A stretch of 64,000 nucleotides of DNA from Rhodothermales bacterium. Its GTDB lineage: Bacteria > Bacteroidota > Rhodothermia > Rhodothermales > Bin80. Of this stretch, positions 46,725 through 57,149 are shown piece by piece; the stretch's first letter is position 1, and each line of letters starts with the position of its first letter. The stretch spans positions 17,372 through 81,371 of the forward strand of contig JAJECV010000006.1 of NCBI GenBank assembly GCA_022821875.1, in the 5' to 3' direction. Position numbers and translations under genes: made by a program. The notes below the pieces were generated by a model that made no database searches, had not been told where the DNA came from, and was given only the letters and a program-made list of their open reading frames with translations.

Positions 46725-47732
46725 TCATGCATCCGTTATCTGCTCACAGGGAACCCATGTGCTGGTCTGTGCACTTTGAAAGCATGCGTCAATAACATGC
46801 ATATTCTTTAACGAATCCCGAATTGGAGTACAGAGCGGTTGCCCGTCGTGGACGGCGGCAGCGAATGCATCACACTGCTCAGAAAACTGATTGACAGGTT
46901 TCAGCGTGTAGGTGCAGTGCTCACGATCCTGATAAAGTTCCAGTCTGGCAGGTTCATTCGGGAGGAGATTGAAGGGGGAGCGCAGGATGATTTTTCCTCT
47001 GCTGCCCACCAGTGCAACATGCTGAAACCGCTGCATCTGTGTGCCGCAGACCACGGTTGCACTTCCCTGCTCAAAATCCATCAGAATCGTCGTCGCCGTG
47101 TCTGTTTTGAACTCAGGATGGTGCGCCATGCGTGCACACACTCTGTTCGGCTCCGCATCGTAGAACCAGCGGGCGGCCGAAATGCCATAGCATCCAACAT
47201 CCATAAGTGCCCCGCCGCCGAACTCCGGCCTGTTCCGAATGTTGTTCGGGTCGCTGTTTCGGTAGGAAAAGTGAACATGGATATTTTGCAGTGTGCCGAT
47301 TGCATTGGATTGAACCAACTCGTGAGCACGGAGCCACTGAGGGTGATGGCGATACATGAACGCCTCGGCAACCAGTTGCCGGGGGTACATCCCGGATATG
47401 CTCAGAAGGTTTTCTATATCTGTTGCATTCAGTCCCAGCGGTTTTTCACACAGTACATGTTTTCCTGCCCTGATTGCTCTGGATGTCCATTCTACATGCA
47501 GATGATTCGGTAAGGGAATGTAGACCGCATCAATAGAATCCAGATGAATCAGATCCTCGTAGCCAGCACAGGGGATGGGAATCTGATGGGTTTCTGCGGC
47601 GTGCTTTGCACGATCAAAATTTCGGGAAGCGATCGCCTCCACATTCCCGCGCCGGCTCTGCTGAATTGCGGGAATGACCTTCTGGGTTGCAATCTTAGCG
47701 GTCGACAGGATCCCCCAGTGAAGTTTGCTCAT
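46725..47732 (-). CDS. Gfo/Idh/MocA-family oxidoreductase
   Basis: Has an N-terminal Rossmann motif (HWGILSTAKIATQKVIPAI), the EKP motif (VLCEKPLG) and a typical size. Confidence 0.85.
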   Translation of the reverse strand: MSKLHWGILSTAKIATQKVIPAIQQSRRGNVEAIASRNFDRAKHAAETHQIPIPCAGYEDLIHLDSIDAVYIPLPNHLHVEWTSRAIRAGKHVLCEKPLGLNATDIENLLSISGMYPRQLVAEAFMYRHHPQWLRAHELVQSNAIGTLQNIHVHFSYRNSDPNNIRNRPEFGGGALMDVGCYGISAARWFYDAEPNRVCARMAHHPEFKTDTATTILMDFEQGSATVVCGTQMQRFQHVALVGSRGKIILRSPFNLLPNEPARLELYQDREHCTYTLKPVNQFSEQCDAFAAAVHDGQPLCTPIRDSLKNMHVIDACFQSAQTSTWVPCEQITDA

Positions 47733-47820
47733 GGTGGTTTAAGGTTTACAGATGGAATCGCAGAGGATTTAGCCGGGTCCTCAACGAAGATATTTCCCCC
47801 TTTCCCCTCATGGCTGCGTC

Positions 47821-49221
47821 TTAATCAATGCGCCGGATTTTGATACTGCGGAAGTGGACTTCATCTCCATGATCCTGCAACAGGATATGGCCCTGCGGCC
47901 AGTGTCCGAACCCCTCCCAGATCACATATTTACTGCGGGCCACCAGCGCATCAAAGACGGGGGTTCCCCGCTCATATTCCAGTACTTTCCGATCATTGAG
48001 CCAGTGCTCTACACGAGCCCCCTTGAATTCGGATTGCGTCATGCGACTTCCGGTAACGGTTTCTTCCACCCGGGTTCCCGTCACGACAATGCGTGCCCGG
48101 TTCCACTGGCCGGGCTTACGAACGATCTTCCCCTCATGCGCGGGAAGCAGGTCGTAAAGAGATCCCAGCGTCCGGTTCCCGGCAGCCCCCTCGGTCGCAT
48201 CAGGGTGGCGCTCATCATCAAGAATCTGATACTCCAGACCGATGGCCGAAGCATCACTCCCGTAGGATTCCGTAATGAAGTACTTGATCCCGCTGTTTGC
48301 CCCTTCGGTAATCTTAAAATCCAGACTAAGTTCAAAGGTGGAGTATTCCTCAACGGTCACGATATCTCCTCCGTGCGCTGCTTCTGCACCGCCGGAGGCT
48401 TCCACAGTCAGGACACCGTCCATCACGTTCCATCCTTTTTCCGGAAAGGATTCCTTCCCGGCTCCCCGCCAGCCTGCGGTCGTACTTCCATCAAATAGCA
48501 GGGAAAACCCCTGCGCAACCTCCTGCTCACTGAGCGAATTAGGGACGAGGTTTACGACATAATTCCCCGTCCATTCACGCGGGGTGACATTTTCGTCCAT
48601 GATGCGGATATTCCGCCAGCGTACATGACGGCCGGCGAGCTCGGCTCGGCCAACGCTGTGCACCTGCAGGGCAATAAAACCCGATGCGGTCATGTCATCA
48701 TAAAGCGCAGCACAGGGAACATCATTCACCCAGGTTCGGATGGAATGGCCGATGGCTTCAACGTAGTACAGATTCCAGCCCTCGGTGTTAAAGGCACCGC
48801 GGCAGTCTTCATTCACCGAAAGCGGATACAGCCAGCCTCTACGGGCCTCATCGTAGATTCCGCCGCTCCAGGATCGGGGACTAGGGTCAATTTCCACCTG
48901 ATATCCATGAACCCGGCCGTTGAGGTAGTCTTCTTTGGATTCGCTGCGGATCTGAATCCCGGAATTAATATCAGGGTCAACCCATACTTCAACACTGAGT
49001 GCAAAGTCACCGTAGGATTCCTTTGTGGCCAGAAATGTATTGGGCGTATTTTCGGCAGTCGTTCCGGTGACTTCGCCATCGGAGGCCATATAGGTTGCAT
49101 CTCCCCCGAGTTTTTCCCATCCGGAGAGGTCGTCGCCGTCCACCAGGGTAGTCCAGGTCTGTGCCTGCGCCGTGGAGAGGGTACAAAGCGTAACAAATGA
49201 AAGTGTGAGGGTGCGCAGCAT
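47821..49221 (-). CDS. Secreted protein with two DUF1080 (3-keto-disaccharide hydrolase-like) domains
   Basis: The ATG at 49221 gives a signal peptide (MLRTLTLSFVTLCTLSTAQAQ). Two repeats of the pattern are present: DGWEKLGG... plus YGDFALSVEVWVDPDINSGIQIR, and AGWRGAG... plus FELSLDFKITEGANSGIKYF. The protein ends ILLQDHGDEVHFRSIKIRRI. Confidence 0.8.
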   Translation of the reverse strand: MLRTLTLSFVTLCTLSTAQAQTWTTLVDGDDLSGWEKLGGDATYMASDGEVTGTTAENTPNTFLATKESYGDFALSVEVWVDPDINSGIQIRSESKEDYLNGRVHGYQVEIDPSPRSWSGGIYDEARRGWLYPLSVNEDCRGAFNTEGWNLYYVEAIGHSIRTWVNDVPCAALYDDMTASGFIALQVHSVGRAELAGRHVRWRNIRIMDENVTPREWTGNYVVNLVPNSLSEQEVAQGFSLLFDGSTTAGWRGAGKESFPEKGWNVMDGVLTVEASGGAEAAHGGDIVTVEEYSTFELSLDFKITEGANSGIKYFITESYGSDASAIGLEYQILDDERHPDATEGAAGNRTLGSLYDLLPAHEGKIVRKPGQWNRARIVVTGTRVEETVTGSRMTQSEFKGARVEHWLNDRKVLEYERGTPVFDALVARSKYVIWEGFGHWPQGHILLQDHGDEVHFRSIKIRRID

Positions 49222-49741
49222 GTCAGAATGTGATTGTGAGACGGATAAGAAACTCTTTTGAAACGTCCAAATTAACGATTTTTCGAATTTCGATGCATCT
49301 AGGCTCAGATTGGTACCCTGAGAATGCAGACTAGGTTTCGGGGGAGGATGTTCGTAGCATTCTGGCCGCCATGCGCCATGGATCGAAAATTTTCGGGACT
49401 TCCAGAGCAAATCCAAAACTTTTGAGAAAGGGTTCCGGCTCAACTGAGAAGAGATAGATGTATTTATACCGAATGAAGCGGACTGGGCGCGTCCAATTGG
49501 CCGTTTGAATCAGAGATGTTTCCATGACCGGAGGACAATCCGGGATCGCTCCCTCGATTCTTTTGCATTCGTCCCCATATTATTTTGTGAATCATAGATT
49601 GACGACCGACCGCCAATCTATGAACAATCCCGGCAAAGCAAGGCCGACATGTACCAAAGATTCCCAGGATATAACGATTTCCACAATAATGGTCGAAGCG
49701 CTTTAAATTATTCGGGGAAGCAGGAATTTTCATTCGGATCA

Positions 49742-50080
49742 ATGAGACACACTTTCCGGGATGACGTATTCGGCGGCATCACTTCCGCAATCGTCATGTT
49801 GCCGATGATGTCAGCCTTCGGGGCTGCCCCGGGACTGGGGCCTGCTGCCGGAGTCTACGGTGCAGTCGCAGTGGGTTTCTTTGCCGCCGCGTTCGGTGGC
49901 ACGCCTGCGCAGATCTCCGATCCCACCGGTCCAATGACGATTACCATGGCTGCAGTCGTCACCCTGTATGCCCACGACCTGACAACGGCCTTCACCATCG
50001 TCATGCTGGCCGGTCTGATACAGATATCCATGGGATTTCTCCGGGTCGGTCGCTTTGTAAGTTACGCGCCATATTCGGTA
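49742..50080 (+). pseudogene. N-terminal fragment (~113 codons) of a SulP-family anion transporter
   Basis: RDDVFGGITSAIVMLPMMSAFG...GVYGAVAVGFFAAAFGGTPAQIS.PTGPMTITMAAVV...LGFLRVGRFVSY.PYSV is SulP-like. After about 50080 the frame becomes non-membrane, low-complexity sequence, and the remaining ~400 codons are absent. Confidence 0.7.
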
Positions 50081-50654
50081 AGTTCAGTCTCAAGGTCTTT
50101 CAGCACGTTCCCGCCGGGAATTTCGTGGACAGTCTTGACGAGGCGAAACGATTATCGAGGAGTCTTCTTCACGAACGCAGCGCCGCCGCCGAAACTCAGC
50201 GTTCATGAGGAGCGCACAAACAGAAGGGACAAAATGCCAGAGGCGCTGCGCCAAGGCTCCAATCGGTTCTACGCCTGTTGAATCCGCCGTGCGGCAATTC
50301 AGGAATGGATATGGATGGGAAATGCAAAGGGAATGGGATCTTACCATCAGGAAGGGGCGGTTTGTTTTTTTCTTGCCGGAAGCAGTCACTCCGTGACTTC
50401 ACGTAACGTCATCCCCTCATACTTCGGGTTCATCAATGGCCTGACCGGCAGGCTACAAAGACGGCGGGCAGGCGGAATCGGACCGAACCAGTGTCTGCAG
50501 GTCACCCTCATTCATTGCAATTGGACATCAGTTGGAGAAAATCCTTTATCCATGTCTTAGGAACAATCTCCAAATTTTAACGGAGCACGACGCATCCTCA
50601 TGGCAGTATATTTTACTATCTTTACTGGAAGGTCATACCCATCCCAATCTCATT

Positions 50655-51509
50655 ATGATTACAAGGAGAGAGTTTTTAGCGCAGTCCGGCGGGGGGATCC
50701 TCATGGCCGGACTCCCTCTGAAAGCCCCCACGATACAGGACGTGATCAATCTGATTACGAATGAAGTTCCCGGTGCTCCCTGGCAGCCAACCGTAGATAC
50801 GATAAAATCGGGGGATCCGTCTCAGCCGGTGCGTGGGGTTGTGACGACCTTTTTGGCAACGCATCGCACCATTGACTATGCAGCGCGGCACGGCGTGAAC
50901 TTGATCATCACGCATGAGCCGACCTACTATAATCATCTGGATGAGACAGACTGGCTTGAGCAAAATCCGGTCTATCAAAAAAAGCGGCAGATGTTGGAGG
51001 AGAATGGGATTGTGGTGTGGCGGTTTCACGATTACTGGCATGGATACAGGCCGGACGGTATTGCTACCGGTGTACTGAAGCATCTCGGCTGGGAAGCGTA
51101 TGCGGATCCGGAGCGGCCGCAATTATGCCGGATCCCGTCCATTACGCTCGGTGAGCTGTCGCAGTTCATGAAAGTTCGCTTCGGTGCAAAGCGTCTGCGG
51201 GTGATGGGGGACGCAGGAATGTCGTGCAGCAGTGTCGGGTTACTTGTCGGGTCTGCGAGTGGACAGCGGCAGATTGAAATGCTCTCGGAAGTGGATGTGC
51301 TTGTGGTCGGAGAGGTTCGGGAGTGGGAAACCACCGAATTTATCCGTGATGCAAACTGGCAGGCAGAGCAGCCGAAGGGACTGATTGTGGTCGGACATGC
51401 ACTCAGCGAAGAGCCGGGGATGGCGTGGCTTGCCGAGTGGCTGAAACCGCGCCTGCCCGGTACGATTGTGGTGCACCAGCCCTGCGGGGATCCATTTTAT
51501 TTTGTTTAG
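50655..51509 (+). CDS. NIF3-family (dinuclear metal centre) protein with a Tat-type signal
   Basis: The ATG at 50655 gives MITRREFLAQSGGGILMAGLPLKAP. The NIF3-like core includes VNLIITHEPTYYNH and a C-terminal GHALSEEPGM. Confidence 0.75.
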   Translation: MITRREFLAQSGGGILMAGLPLKAPTIQDVINLITNEVPGAPWQPTVDTIKSGDPSQPVRGVVTTFLATHRTIDYAARHGVNLIITHEPTYYNHLDETDWLEQNPVYQKKRQMLEENGIVVWRFHDYWHGYRPDGIATGVLKHLGWEAYADPERPQLCRIPSITLGELSQFMKVRFGAKRLRVMGDAGMSCSSVGLLVGSASGQRQIEMLSEVDVLVVGEVREWETTEFIRDANWQAEQPKGLIVVGHALSEEPGMAWLAEWLKPRLPGTIVVHQPCGDPFYFV

Positions 51510-51602
51510 CCGGGGAGAATGAACCCCACACCACCGGCGACTGGCGGCGGGCACGGGGGCATCTGCACGCGTCGGTGCATACACCAAAATACCTGACTGT
51601 CT

Positions 51603-53132
51603 ATGTTCGGGAACCTGTTTAACCGGCCGGGAGCCATTGCTCCGGTCACCTTCATTCTTTTGATGCCCTGTACCGGGCCCGTTTCCACGGGAATTTTTGA
51701 CGGATCCACCGATGTGGGAAATCCTTTATTGAAGGGGAATCTCATCTTTGATCAAGATACGGAAGTGTATACGGTTACCGGTGGCGGTGCAGACATTTAT
51801 GGCACCCGGGACGAATTCTTTTTTGCATGGAAAGAGGTGAGCGGAGACCTTGTCCTGAAAGCGGATGTTGCGTTCACAGATACCACCGGGCATCCGTACC
51901 GCAAGGCAGGATGGATGGTACGTGAAGATCTGGATGCAGATGCCGCGTATGTGGATGCGCTGATTCATGCGGACGGGCTCATTGTGCTGCAGTGGCGTTC
52001 GGCGAAGGGGGGAGAAACCCATGAGGTCACGCCCCCGGTTCGTGCGCCGGCAACCATTCGTCTGGAACGCACGGCAAATCTGTTCTCTCTCTATCTGGAC
52101 AGACCGGCACAGAGATCAGTCGTTGTCGCTAATATTACGGTGGATTTACGACAAACTGCATATGCAGGTCTGGTGGCCTGTGCACACGACTCCACTGCAC
52201 GGACCACGGCCCGATTCGAGAATGTTCATCTGGAAGCGAAAGAAGTGACGGGCGAGCGGATTGTGGAAAGTACACTGGAGATCATGAACAGTCAGACCGG
52301 CGAGCGCCAGATTGTCCGTCAGGCAGAGGAGCATTTTGAAGCGCCCAACTGGTCGCCGGATTCGCTCACACTGCTCTATAACCGTGGAGGCCGCCTCTAT
52401 CATATGCCCGTAAGTGGCGGAGACCCCCAAATGCTTGAGACGCAGTTTGCTGACCGGTGCAACAACGATCACGGGTATTCCCCTGACGGGACCGAGATCG
52501 CGCTCAGCCACAATAACCCGGATCAGGGCTCGCTCATCTATATTGTACCCGCTGCGGGCGGACTTCCCCGACTGGTCACCGAATCAGGGCCATCCTACTG
52601 GCACGGCTGGTCACCTGACGGGCAAAAACTGGTTTACTGCGCTCGGAGGAACGATAACTTTGACGTGTATGCAATTGGACGCAATGGCGGCGAAGAGGTG
52701 CGGTTAACCGATGCTGAGGGTCTGGATGACGGCCCGGAATACTCCCCGGACGGTCAGACCATTTATTTTAACTCTGTGCGCACCGGTCAGATGAAAATAT
52801 GGCGTATGGACCCGGACGGTAGCAATCAGATACAGGTGACCCCGGAGGATGACTACGGAGACTGGTTTGCACATCCATCACCGGATGGCAATTGGATCGT
52901 GTTTCTATCCTACGATAAGTCTGTAGACGGGCATCCCGCAAATAAGGATGTAAAACTCCGGCTTATGCGTACGGGGGCTGCCGAGGATCCGAAAACCATC
53001 GCCCATCTGTTTGGTGGTCAGGGGACGATGAATGTCCCGTCATGGAGCCCTGACAGCCGCCATTTTGCGTTTGTCAGTTACCGTCTGGTTGGTCCGCGTA
53101 GTCTGGATTCGGACGGGGCATCTGTGCATTGA
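51603..53132 (+). CDS. TolB-like protein: N-terminal beta-sandwich plus PD40/WD40-like beta-propeller repeats
   Basis: Repeated motifs are YSPDGTEIALS, WSPDGQKLVY, YSPDGQTIYFNS, PSPDGNWIVFLSY and WSPDSRHFAFVSY. Confidence 0.75.
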   Translation: MFGNLFNRPGAIAPVTFILLMPCTGPVSTGIFDGSTDVGNPLLKGNLIFDQDTEVYTVTGGGADIYGTRDEFFFAWKEVSGDLVLKADVAFTDTTGHPYRKAGWMVREDLDADAAYVDALIHADGLIVLQWRSAKGGETHEVTPPVRAPATIRLERTANLFSLYLDRPAQRSVVVANITVDLRQTAYAGLVACAHDSTARTTARFENVHLEAKEVTGERIVESTLEIMNSQTGERQIVRQAEEHFEAPNWSPDSLTLLYNRGGRLYHMPVSGGDPQMLETQFADRCNNDHGYSPDGTEIALSHNNPDQGSLIYIVPAAGGLPRLVTESGPSYWHGWSPDGQKLVYCARRNDNFDVYAIGRNGGEEVRLTDAEGLDDGPEYSPDGQTIYFNSVRTGQMKIWRMDPDGSNQIQVTPEDDYGDWFAHPSPDGNWIVFLSYDKSVDGHPANKDVKLRLMRTGAAEDPKTIAHLFGGQGTMNVPSWSPDSRHFAFVSYRLVGPRSLDSDGASVH

Positions 53133-54477
53133 CTTCGTCCCGCCACGATTGCAGGCGGCGGAGCAGGTCCTGGGTTACGCTGGGCTCAAACTGGCTGATA
53201 TCGGTGGTTTCGCCCGGATCCGATTCAAGGTCATACAGTTCAGCGGGGTAGTCCTCAAACCATTCAATGAGTTTATATCTGCCGCGGCGTACTGCACCTG
53301 AGGGGCGATTGGCGGAGCCGTGATAGTGGGGAAAATGCCAGTAGAGAACTCTCTCAGAGACGGGCATCTTGAACAGGTCCAGGCCGTCTATACGGGCAGG
53401 AGTTGGGATGCCGGCTAATCCGGCCAGCGTCGGAAGCAGGTCATCGGTAGTGCCCGGTTGATCCATAGTGGGGGGCATATCCTGAACTCCCTGAATGATC
53501 AGGGGAATGCGGAGTCCCCCCTCATACAGCCATCCCTTGCCGGCACGAAGGGGCAGGTTCGCGGTCGGAGCCCATCTGCGATTTTCGCTCAACGTGGATA
53601 GGCCCCCGTTATCGGAGGTGAAGACCACAATGGTATTTTTACCATGCCCCGTGTCTTCCAGGGCCTGCAGAATTCGTCCAACGCTTTCATCTACCGATGC
53701 AATCATGGCGGCATAGGTTGCGTGGTCCTGTGCCATGCGTGTGACACCACCGAAGCGCTCGGATTGGTATGCCGTATCTGTATTCCCGGAGTCAAACTGC
53801 CGAACATCCCGGGGTTTTGCCTGGATGGGGGTATGCACCGCATAATGGGACAGGATCAGGAGGAATGGATGTTCCTGATCGGTGGTGATCCAGTCTACAG
53901 CAAGGTCTGTAAGGCGGTCCGTCAGATAGGTGCTGTCGGGATCGGTTTCGAGACCGGGTACATTGGAAGCCGGGAAGTTTGGGTTTTTGTAGGGGGCGAA
54001 GAAGGAACCGGGCTGCCCGGCATCATTGGTTGCCCAAGCTGTTTCAAACCCCTGATGTTCGGGGCGTGCGTGACCGGCGCCCAGGTGCCATTTTCCGATA
54101 TAGGCAGTACGGTAGCCGGCATCCTGAAACACCTCTGCTATGGTGACCTCTTCCAGCGGGAGCGCGTGTAGATAGTCGGCCTGGAGCAGCCGGTCGTTGG
54201 CCATTCCGCCGATCCAGTTTGTGATCTGGAGGCGTGCCGGATGCTTCCCGGTCATGATACTGGCACGCGTTGGAGAGCAGACGGGACTGGAGGCATAGAA
54301 TTGCGTAAAACGGGTTCCTTCTGCTGCCAAACCGTCTATATTTGGGGTTTCATAGAAAGTGCTCCCATATACGCCGGTATCCTTCCATCCCAGATCATCA
54401 ATCAGGATGACAACCACATTAGGCGGTGCATTGCTGCATGCAGCCAAAAAGAGGAGCAAAAAGCAGAGTCGGTTCAA
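53074..54477 (-). CDS. Formylglycine-dependent sulfatase
   Basis: Has a signal or lipoprotein N-terminus (LLFLAAC), the CSPTRASIMTG (C-x-P-x-R) motif and the GKWHLG motif. Confidence 0.9.
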   Translation of the reverse strand: MNRLCFLLLFLAACSNAPPNVVVILIDDLGWKDTGVYGSTFYETPNIDGLAAEGTRFTQFYASSPVCSPTRASIMTGKHPARLQITNWIGGMANDRLLQADYLHALPLEEVTIAEVFQDAGYRTAYIGKWHLGAGHARPEHQGFETAWATNDAGQPGSFFAPYKNPNFPASNVPGLETDPDSTYLTDRLTDLAVDWITTDQEHPFLLILSHYAVHTPIQAKPRDVRQFDSGNTDTAYQSERFGGVTRMAQDHATYAAMIASVDESVGRILQALEDTGHGKNTIVVFTSDNGGLSTLSENRRWAPTANLPLRAGKGWLYEGGLRIPLIIQGVQDMPPTMDQPGTTDDLLPTLAGLAGIPTPARIDGLDLFKMPVSERVLYWHFPHYHGSANRPSGAVRRGRYKLIEWFEDYPAELYDLESDPGETTDISQFEPSVTQDLLRRLQSWRDEVNAQMPRPNPDYADQPDGN

Positions 54478-57149
54478 AACGTTACTAGCAGTGTATCGGA
54501 AGTTTCCCGTGTCGCTGCCCGGATGCCGGTCAGGGAGGTTTGATGTGTCGCCTGATCTCCGATAATGACGGTATAGGAAGTGGTTATATCAAAGACCTTG
54601 GCTTGGAAGGGCAGGGTTGCGGGGCGGATCGTGTAGACGGTGTCCATGCTGTTTTCATCGACGAGCGTCAGCACGGGTTCTGTGATCCCATTCACATCAA
54701 CAGGGGGCAGGTATCCGGCGGCCTCCCGGCCGTAATTACTTTCCTGTGTGACGGTAACGGGCCAGCCGGGATATTGCACTGCATCTTCATCGGATGGGTG
54801 AATCCAGCGCGGCCACGCTTCGGCGGTGATGGTGCGCGTATCTCGCTTGAATCGGATAATCCCGTAGCCGGGGACACGGTCATAGAGTGCCTCCGGGGAA
54901 CGTCCGCTTCGGACTGGATTCGCAACCGCGTGGATCGTCATGCGATTCCCGAAGCCGTCCATATGCTCGCCCGTATAGGGAGGTGCATCCGGTTCAAGGT
55001 TCCCTCCGGGATCTGGCGGGAACCAGCGCCGGGGCCATATATTCGCAATGGCGGGAGAAATGAATGCATTCGGTCCATCCCCGAATTCATCAATTCCGTA
55101 CTGCACAAAGCTCCCAAGGTGTTGATCCCCGGCGACGTGAAACGTGAACCCTTTCCGGATCGTCTTCAGGGCGCGGTTCCGCCCGCTTTGAGGCCATCCG
55201 TTGGAATCCATGTCGGTTCCCAGATGATCATCCGAGATATATTCGCCCGGCTCTGCATACCGCATTTGCGGCACGATCCGGTCATCATAGAATCCGCCGG
55301 GAAGCGTGGCAAGGTTGCTGAAGAGGGTCTGGGAGAGCATGACCTTCATCCAGACATTCTCTGGATATTCATGTGACCACCGGTTCAGAAATTTCAGTTG
55401 CCGGGGCCCCAAGAGATGTGCCTCGGTGACGGTGGTTGCATCGTAGTCGCGATTTTCCGGCCAGCCATTGCGCACCTGCGCTTCAGGAAGAACGAGTCGG
55501 GGAGCGGATTTCCACATCCGGTCTGCAACAACAGCAAAACTGATATCTCCGTAGGTCATGTCCGTATAGTAGACACTGATATCCTGTTCAATGGGGGTTG
55601 GATCATGGGGATCGGGCAGATTGGATACCTGAGTATGATGAACCATGTTCACAAAGCGGGCATCCATGATGTAGCCTCCGTTATCGGACTGGGGCTGCCA
55701 GGGACCTTCGGCTTTCTTGCCGCCGTGTCCCCAGATATTCCCGTGATATACGTCGTGATCATCGGGAATGGTAATGGCCGGGCGATCCCGCATCAAGTCC
55801 CGGAATGACCAGATAAACCGGTACCAGTGATAATGGTAGTCCAGAATGGCCTTGTCCAGAGGCGTACGGATGATCCCCGCAAGGCCGCCTTCATAGATCT
55901 GATCGCCGGCAAAGAAGAGCAGGTCAGGATCATGTGCGGCGACCGATGCGGTGAGTTCACGATGCGGATACCAGATTGTACTGTGATTCCATACTAGATC
56001 ACGGCCTTTGGAAATATGCTGACAGTTCAGCGAAGCAAGAACAAACTCCTGATCTTCAATTTTTGGCGCACGGATTGTGCCGGCATAGTAGGAGGTTTCG
56101 GTTCCGTTGGCCGTACGCAGATCATAGGTCAGCCGGTAGGGGATGTCTGTGCTTGCCTGGAAGTTGTCTACGCGGAGGGTCGCGGTGTAGCTGTCCGGGA
56201 TGATGGTTGCGGCTGCAGCGGGGGTCCATGTGCCATCCTGCAGCAGATCCAGTCCGACCGTGCGGGTATCCATTTCGCCGACGGGGGGCATTTGGGCGGT
56301 CATTTTTAATATGCCTTTGCTCAAGGTGTACTGTGATGACAGGACCGGGCCAAATGCCCGGTTCGCATCGTGCACAAATTTTCTCCCCCCAATCCTCCAG
56401 TCATCAAACCAGTACCCCTGGTCTTCCATGAGTGGGCTGTTATGGCTTATGAGTGCAACATTCCCGACAAAATAATGGTTTGGTAATCCGGTATACCGGG
56501 CTTCGGACAACGTCTCACGGGTCTCTGGATCCGATGCGTTTACCTGGAGATCAAACGTATCTCCGGATGGCGTGGCGGCCAGGTTGAGTTCAATGGAACC
56601 TCCAGCGGGAACCTCTCCGGTAGACCGTTCAGGGTCAATGAGCGGCCATGCGTCAACGGAAATATCGGCTCGCGGGCCTTTGGGGGCTTCTGAGCTGGTA
56701 TTTGAACGGACAATGATCTGCCCCTGACCATCCACCCCCACAATCAAACCTCCATCTTCGCCGGGCCAGTGATGAACCAGACTTGAGATTCGCCAGTCGA
56801 TCTCCGGCCCTCCTGCACCGAGCAGGAATCCGGACCACGTATTTGCATGGGTGCTGTCTGCCGGGTTTAAGGCACCGGTCTGGACCGACATGGTGAATTT
56901 TTCTGCCTGCTCTCCCAGATAATGTGTGAGGAGGTGGAGTGTCCGCATCGGTTTTGCACTCCGCCCTTCCATGCACTCAATCCGCCCGTTAGCATAGCGC
57001 CAATCCATAAGGCGATTGGCATAAAAGTCTGCGCCAATCCAGACACGTTCCATGTCGTCCGGCAGGGATTCGGTTATTTTCATGGACGGCGAAGCACAAC
57101 CGGATGCAAGCAGCCCAGCGATCACAAGGGTGGAAGTGCAGTGATGCAT
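54474..57149 (-). CDS. PhoD-like metallophosphatase-family protein (large, lipoprotein-like)
   Basis: The ATG at 57149 gives MHHCTSTLVIAGLLASGC (lipobox). Metallophosphatase motifs are FFAGDQIYEG and IPDDHDVYHGNIWG. The ORF opens at 57203. Confidence 0.8.
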   Translation of the reverse strand: MHHCTSTLVIAGLLASGCASPSMKITESLPDDMERVWIGADFYANRLMDWRYANGRIECMEGRSAKPMRTLHLLTHYLGEQAEKFTMSVQTGALNPADSTHANTWSGFLLGAGGPEIDWRISSLVHHWPGEDGGLIVGVDGQGQIIVRSNTSSEAPKGPRADISVDAWPLIDPERSTGEVPAGGSIELNLAATPSGDTFDLQVNASDPETRETLSEARYTGLPNHYFVGNVALISHNSPLMEDQGYWFDDWRIGGRKFVHDANRAFGPVLSSQYTLSKGILKMTAQMPPVGEMDTRTVGLDLLQDGTWTPAAAATIIPDSYTATLRVDNFQASTDIPYRLTYDLRTANGTETSYYAGTIRAPKIEDQEFVLASLNCQHISKGRDLVWNHSTIWYPHRELTASVAAHDPDLLFFAGDQIYEGGLAGIIRTPLDKAILDYHYHWYRFIWSFRDLMRDRPAITIPDDHDVYHGNIWGHGGKKAEGPWQPQSDNGGYIMDARFVNMVHHTQVSNLPDPHDPTPIEQDISVYYTDMTYGDISFAVVADRMWKSAPRLVLPEAQVRNGWPENRDYDATTVTEAHLLGPRQLKFLNRWSHEYPENVWMKVMLSQTLFSNLATLPGGFYDDRIVPQMRYAEPGEYISDDHLGTDMDSNGWPQSGRNRALKTIRKGFTFHVAGDQHLGSFVQYGIDEFGDGPNAFISPAIANIWPRRWFPPDPGGNLEPDAPPYTGEHMDGFGNRMTIHAVANPVRSGRSPEALYDRVPGYGIIRFKRDTRTITAEAWPRWIHPSDEDAVQYPGWPVTVTQESNYGREAAGYLPPVDVNGITEPVLTLVDENSMDTVYTIRPATLPFQAKVFDITTSYTVIIGDQATHQTSLTGIRAATRETSDTLLVTF

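Noticed and set aside
46839-47513. A 224-codon plus-strand ORF
   Set aside because: It is antisense to the Gfo/Idh/MocA oxidoreductase gene. It is a shadow ORF.
54540-55376. A 278-codon plus-strand ORF
   Set aside because: It is antisense to the PhoD-like gene, which carries GDQIYEG and DDHD motifs. The composition is Gly/Arg-rich and typical of a shadow frame.
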